A program made the translations under genes and the position numbers. A stretch of 63,840 nt of DNA, counting the filler. It is 12 parts of 12 records of this genome, joined end to end, with 100 filler letters (N's around TTAATTAATTAA, not from the genome) between each part and the next. Parts side by side here need not be neighbours in the genome. Positions count along the whole stretch, not along the records: positions 58,768 to 61,736 come from SRR11831586_1352; positions 61,837 to 63,840 come from SRR11831586_1478; 10 more parts are not named here. One strand, 5' to 3'. Below are positions 60,306 through 63,840 of this stretch, piece by piece. Positions within the stretch are counted from its first letter, which is position 1, and each line of letters begins with the position of its first letter. Under the pieces are notes generated by a model. The model made no database searches and was not told the origin of the DNA. It was given only the letters and a program-made list of their open reading frames with translations.

Positions 60306-60562
60306 GGCAAGTTGATTCGGTTAAAGCGAGTGCCTTATACGCGGAGGCTCAAACGATGGCGAGAACTCCAGCAAACATGAACCAAGAGTTCAAAAATTTG
60401 GCGCTTCTGACAGCTGTTCTGCTTGAAGTTCGTACGAGTTTGGGTCCCACGATTTTCTATCTTTTCATTCAAACACAGACCAACTCCATGGTTTAGGGGA
60501 TCTGCGTTCAATAGGTTATCCAATTATCTGAACGTATACAGCGTGTTCGCTTTTATATCCTG

Positions 60563-61683
60563 ATGTCAAGAAGCGAGCAGTTCGCGGCTCGCCTTGTTGA
60601 GCAAGATGCAAAGCGCAGAGTCGATCGCGAACAGCGTCTAGCCGAGGCCAGCGATCAGCTGAAAGCTGCGCATTTTCTCACATCGTTCGCCGATACTGTG
60701 AGAGGTGTGGTTCTGCGCCCCTGGTGACAAGTTCTGATTCGTGATTATCAGTGTGCCAGGAGTCCTTAGACGGAGCTGTTGTAGTGGCGGAAGGCGAGCG
60801 TGCGGCCCATCTGGAGCGTGTCGAGAGCATGCTGAAGAGCCTCTCTGACGATACCGCGCAGGCGTGTGTTGTGCTGCCCCCGTACGACCAGCGGCAGACG
60901 CAGAGCACCCTTGTGCGGCTGACCGAGCTGCTGAAGGCGCGCCGTGCAGAGCTGGTGCCCAAGAAGACGTTCGCCTTCCGCTCGCGCACACGGCCTGCGG
61001 GGGACTCGGTGCGCCCCACGCAAAGCGTGGCGGTGGTCTCTGCGGAGACGCTTGCACGGCTGAGCGGCGGTGCGGCTGCGTGCACGGTGCGCGGTGTGCG
61101 CGGGACGGCGGTGGTGCGGACGGATGTTGCGGGGCAGGACGTGACCGTGGAGGACTGCGAGGACATGGTGCTGCACGTCCCTGTGCAGCTGGGCGCCGTG
61201 TTCATGCGCGGGGTGCGCCGATGCCGCATCGTGCTGGGGCCCGTGAGCGGCGCTGTGCACATCAACGATGCGGAGTCGAGCGTGATCGTGGTGGCCTGCC
61301 ACCAGGTACTCGGCCTGCGTCCGCGTTGCATGTGTGCTGGTTGTAACATTTTGCGTTGGTTCGCGTAGCTGCGCATCCACACGTCCCACGATGTGGACCT
61401 GTACCTGCATGTGCAGTCTGAGCCCATCCTGGAGGACTGCAACGGCGTGCGAGTAGCCCCGTACAGCTACGAATACCCCCAGCGCGCTTCGGACTTTTCG
61501 GCACGTTCGCATGTTGTCAGCACATGTCTGACTGTTGTATAGGCTGCGGGGATGACGGGGACCAACTACTGGAATCAGTTTAAGGACTTCAAGTGGCTGC
61601 GCGAGGTGCAGTCGCCGCACTGGTCTGTGCTCCCCGAGGCACAGAGAGAATCGTTCAGGCCAGTTACAGAGGGCTCCGGGTAG
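60563..61683 (+). CDS. TBCC: Eukaryotic tubulin-specific chaperone C, 322 aa after splicing
   Basis: LVPKKTFAFR, GPVSGAVHI, ACHQLRIH, PILEDC, APY, DFKWL..SPHW. Exons 60563-60704, 60752-61305, 61369-61500, 61543-61683. Confidence 0.9.
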
Positions 61684-61836
61684 CGCATACACATGCGCAT
61701 ATGTTTTTGCCCGTGTTCGTGTTTACTTGATGGTGCNNNNNNNNNNNNNNNNNNNNNNNNNNNNNNNNNNNNNNNNNNNNTTAATTAATTAANNNNNNNN
61801 NNNNNNNNNNNNNNNNNNNNNNNNNNNNNNNNNNNN

Positions 61837-61868
61837 CACACACACTCACTCACTCACTCACTCTCTGT
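61837..61868. repeat. (CA)n/(CACT)n microsatellite at contig end
   Basis: cacacacactcactcactcactcactctct. Confidence 0.85.
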
Positions 61869-61880
61869 CTTAGCACATAC

Positions 61881-63757
61881 CCTCCGTGTCCTCCGCGATC
61901 ATACGCGACAGAGACCGCAGCACAAACAGCGTCTCACTGGACCCCGAATTCACCGTGGCCCAGAACGACTTTGACAGCACCAGATCGTGCAGATCCGAGG
62001 GGACAGGAAGCTGCTGCAGAAACCGCCACGCAACAGCCGCCTGATACCGTGTCGCCACCGCACAATCGTCGGATCCGGAGGGTGGTACGTCGAGTAGCTT
62101 GTAGAGGGAGGACCGCAGCGCAAGCATACGAGAGGCGAGAAGGGAGAGTACGGTGGGGGAGAGAGAGCGGCCGCTGGTGGGGATGTCGAACAGAATGAGA
62201 GAGCTGGTCCTAAAAACACACAGCAACAACGCAAACATAGCGATGAGATTGGGCGCCGACGAAGAGAAGAAGTGGACCGTTTAACACAAAAATAGCGGCA
62301 GCAGGACAGCAGATGCGCATTTAACACACTCTAAAAGGACGCGTGCGCGAACGTACGATGGTACATCCTCCAGCTGAACGCTCTCAAACGCGACAGGTTG
62401 CAAGTCGGCCTAGATAATATCAGCTATTGCAATAAACAGAACATGATAGATGCGCGAACATACGGTGGCAGTGTTAGATATGGGCCGCGCAAACACGTTC
62501 GTTTCCAACAATGCGACCAGGGACTGCGGCAGCTCGCTGAAATTGAGGCTGAAATCTAACAGAGCACACGTCAGCACAGAAACAAGCGCATGCACGGAAA
62601 CAGCCATACACGCAAACATAGCGCACAGCATGCATGTAAAACGAGTCGCAACATACATTCCAAGCACAGGAGGGCCCGTGCCGAGCACGGTGCACGCTCA
62701 GCGGTGGCCACTGCAGCCTCGCTGATGATGCTGTCAGCGAGCGCACACATCGTGGACTGTCTGCGGGCTGTGGAGAGCATATGGAAGGAGAATAGTTGAA
62801 GCAGAAGCATGGTGAAGCTCACAACATCACCCTGCACACAATAAACAACCGACCAAGCAAGCAAACCTGTGAGACACACACGAGCAGCAGGTATGCACAA
62901 GGGGTGACTGCTGCAGACGAAGATTCGCACACGAGACACCCATCAGCCAAGCAACCCCCACAAACACTCTGCAAATAGGCACCTGGGCAGGGGGCGGAGG
63001 ACACGAGGACAGAGCCCTCAGGAACGCAGTCAGCATCTGCACCGTGATAGGGTCGTCCTGCGAAACACCGAGGACCTGTTTGCGCTTCAACAGAACCCGC
63101 GACGCAAACAACACACACTCCACCGGGGGATCCAAACACCCAGCTGCACTAGATAGGTCCAGCAGGTGGGAGACCAGATGCTCCTGTAAAGGTCCCGTGA
63201 GGAGTACGTCGCTGGTGGCGATGGTGTGTGAGAGACGGCGGAAGGAAGCGCGCAGATCGGCTTGTTGCAGAGCGTTGGGGGAAGGAGTGGGGGAACAGGC
63301 GCGCGCGAACCACACAAGACAGTCCAGCACGTCCTCTGTCAGGTCCTGTCGCACTTGCTGTGTGACGTAGTGTGTGCCGTCGAATGCGAGATAGCGAGCA
63401 GCTAGGAACTCCATGACATGCTTGCACACTAGGGCTAGTTCCGCCACCATGTTGCTGGGGGTGGTAGCGGAGCTGGGCGTACGCCGAGTGACAGCAACAT
63501 CACGCAGTTTGGCACGCTGCATGGCGAAGAGCTCCGCAACGGATGACGGCAGATCATCTGCACGCGAACAACAAGTGAGTAACGAGCCACAAAAAAAAGA
63601 GAAAACACATTCGGAACCTGTTACGGCAACGATTATGAAACATGACATCCAGTGAAAGCAAGTAAACAAAACACGTTGTTTTCCCAACGAAGACCGTACC
63701 GTCATCGTGTTCATCAGACTCCTCGTCCGATTCTACTGCTACGGGCACACCGCGCAC
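61881..63757 (-). CDS. Eukaryotic spliced gene of unknown function, internal fragment, Leu-rich and probably helical
   Basis: Phase-consistent GT-AG exons 63757-63700, 63557-62983, 62831-62657, 62555-62464, 62409-62357, 62209-61881. Confidence 0.7.
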
Positions 63758-63815
63758 CTAGCACATACACATGCACGTGAGATGCCCGCCATATAGTTCA
63801 CATGCTAAGGACAAC

Positions 63816-63840
63816 CACACATACACACACACACACACAC
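63816..63840. repeat. (CA)n microsatellite at window end
   Basis: cacacatacacacacacacacacac. Confidence 0.85.

Noticed and set aside
9154..61836. Recurring TTAATTAATTAA motif as a biological repeat or CRISPR-like array
   Set aside because: It is always centred in N runs of identical length and cuts genes, so it is an artificial six-frame-stop spacer. No CRISPR array or cas gene was seen.
41899..63840. Horizontal transfer between E. coli and the eukaryote
   Set aside because: Every bacterial-eukaryotic junction is a spacer. The bacterial genes are intronless and keep K-12 gene order.
58768..63840. Alternative genetic code (stop reassignment) in the eukaryote
   Set aside because: All in-frame stops fall inside plausible introns, and the two genes with visible ends finish at TAG.

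Overview
This window is not one locus. It is 12 unrelated contigs joined by artificial 100-nt spacers (N44-TTAATTAATTAA-N44). Eight contigs look like ordinary E. coli K-12 chromosome: malFG-xylE-psiE-yjbTHGFE; tapT-trxC-yfiF-ung; qseCB-ygiWV-mqsRA-ygiS-parC-plsC-ftsP-ygiQ; yggM-ansB-yggN; yhdN-zntR-arfA-mscL-trkA-rsmB-fmt-def-smf-smg-yrdD-tsaC; fabI-yciW-rnb-pdeR; flu; and murI-btuB-trmA-yijD-fabR-sthA-oxyR. One contig (12282-17432) is the early-left recombination arm of a lambdoid prophage, probably phi80-like, with gam, recT, exo, DUF1317, a split dam and DUF4060. Three contigs (41899-44322, 58768-61736, 61837-63840) come from an unidentified GC-rich eukaryote with short introns. I spliced them by hand into a WD40 protein, condensin II subunit H2, tubulin cofactor C and an unknown protein. 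The likeliest explanation is a protist assembly contaminated with its E. coli food or cloning strain. I cannot support a claim of a wholly new biological system. The most unusual items are: a phage Dam gene split at a T8 tract ending in TTT-TAA; a 9-residue C5-methyltransferase stub fused to that Dam; an in-frame amber codon in ftsP; a GC-AG intron; two stopless 48-nt introns; and several TAG acceptors that double as in-frame stops. Gene names come from recalled protein sequences, not database searches.
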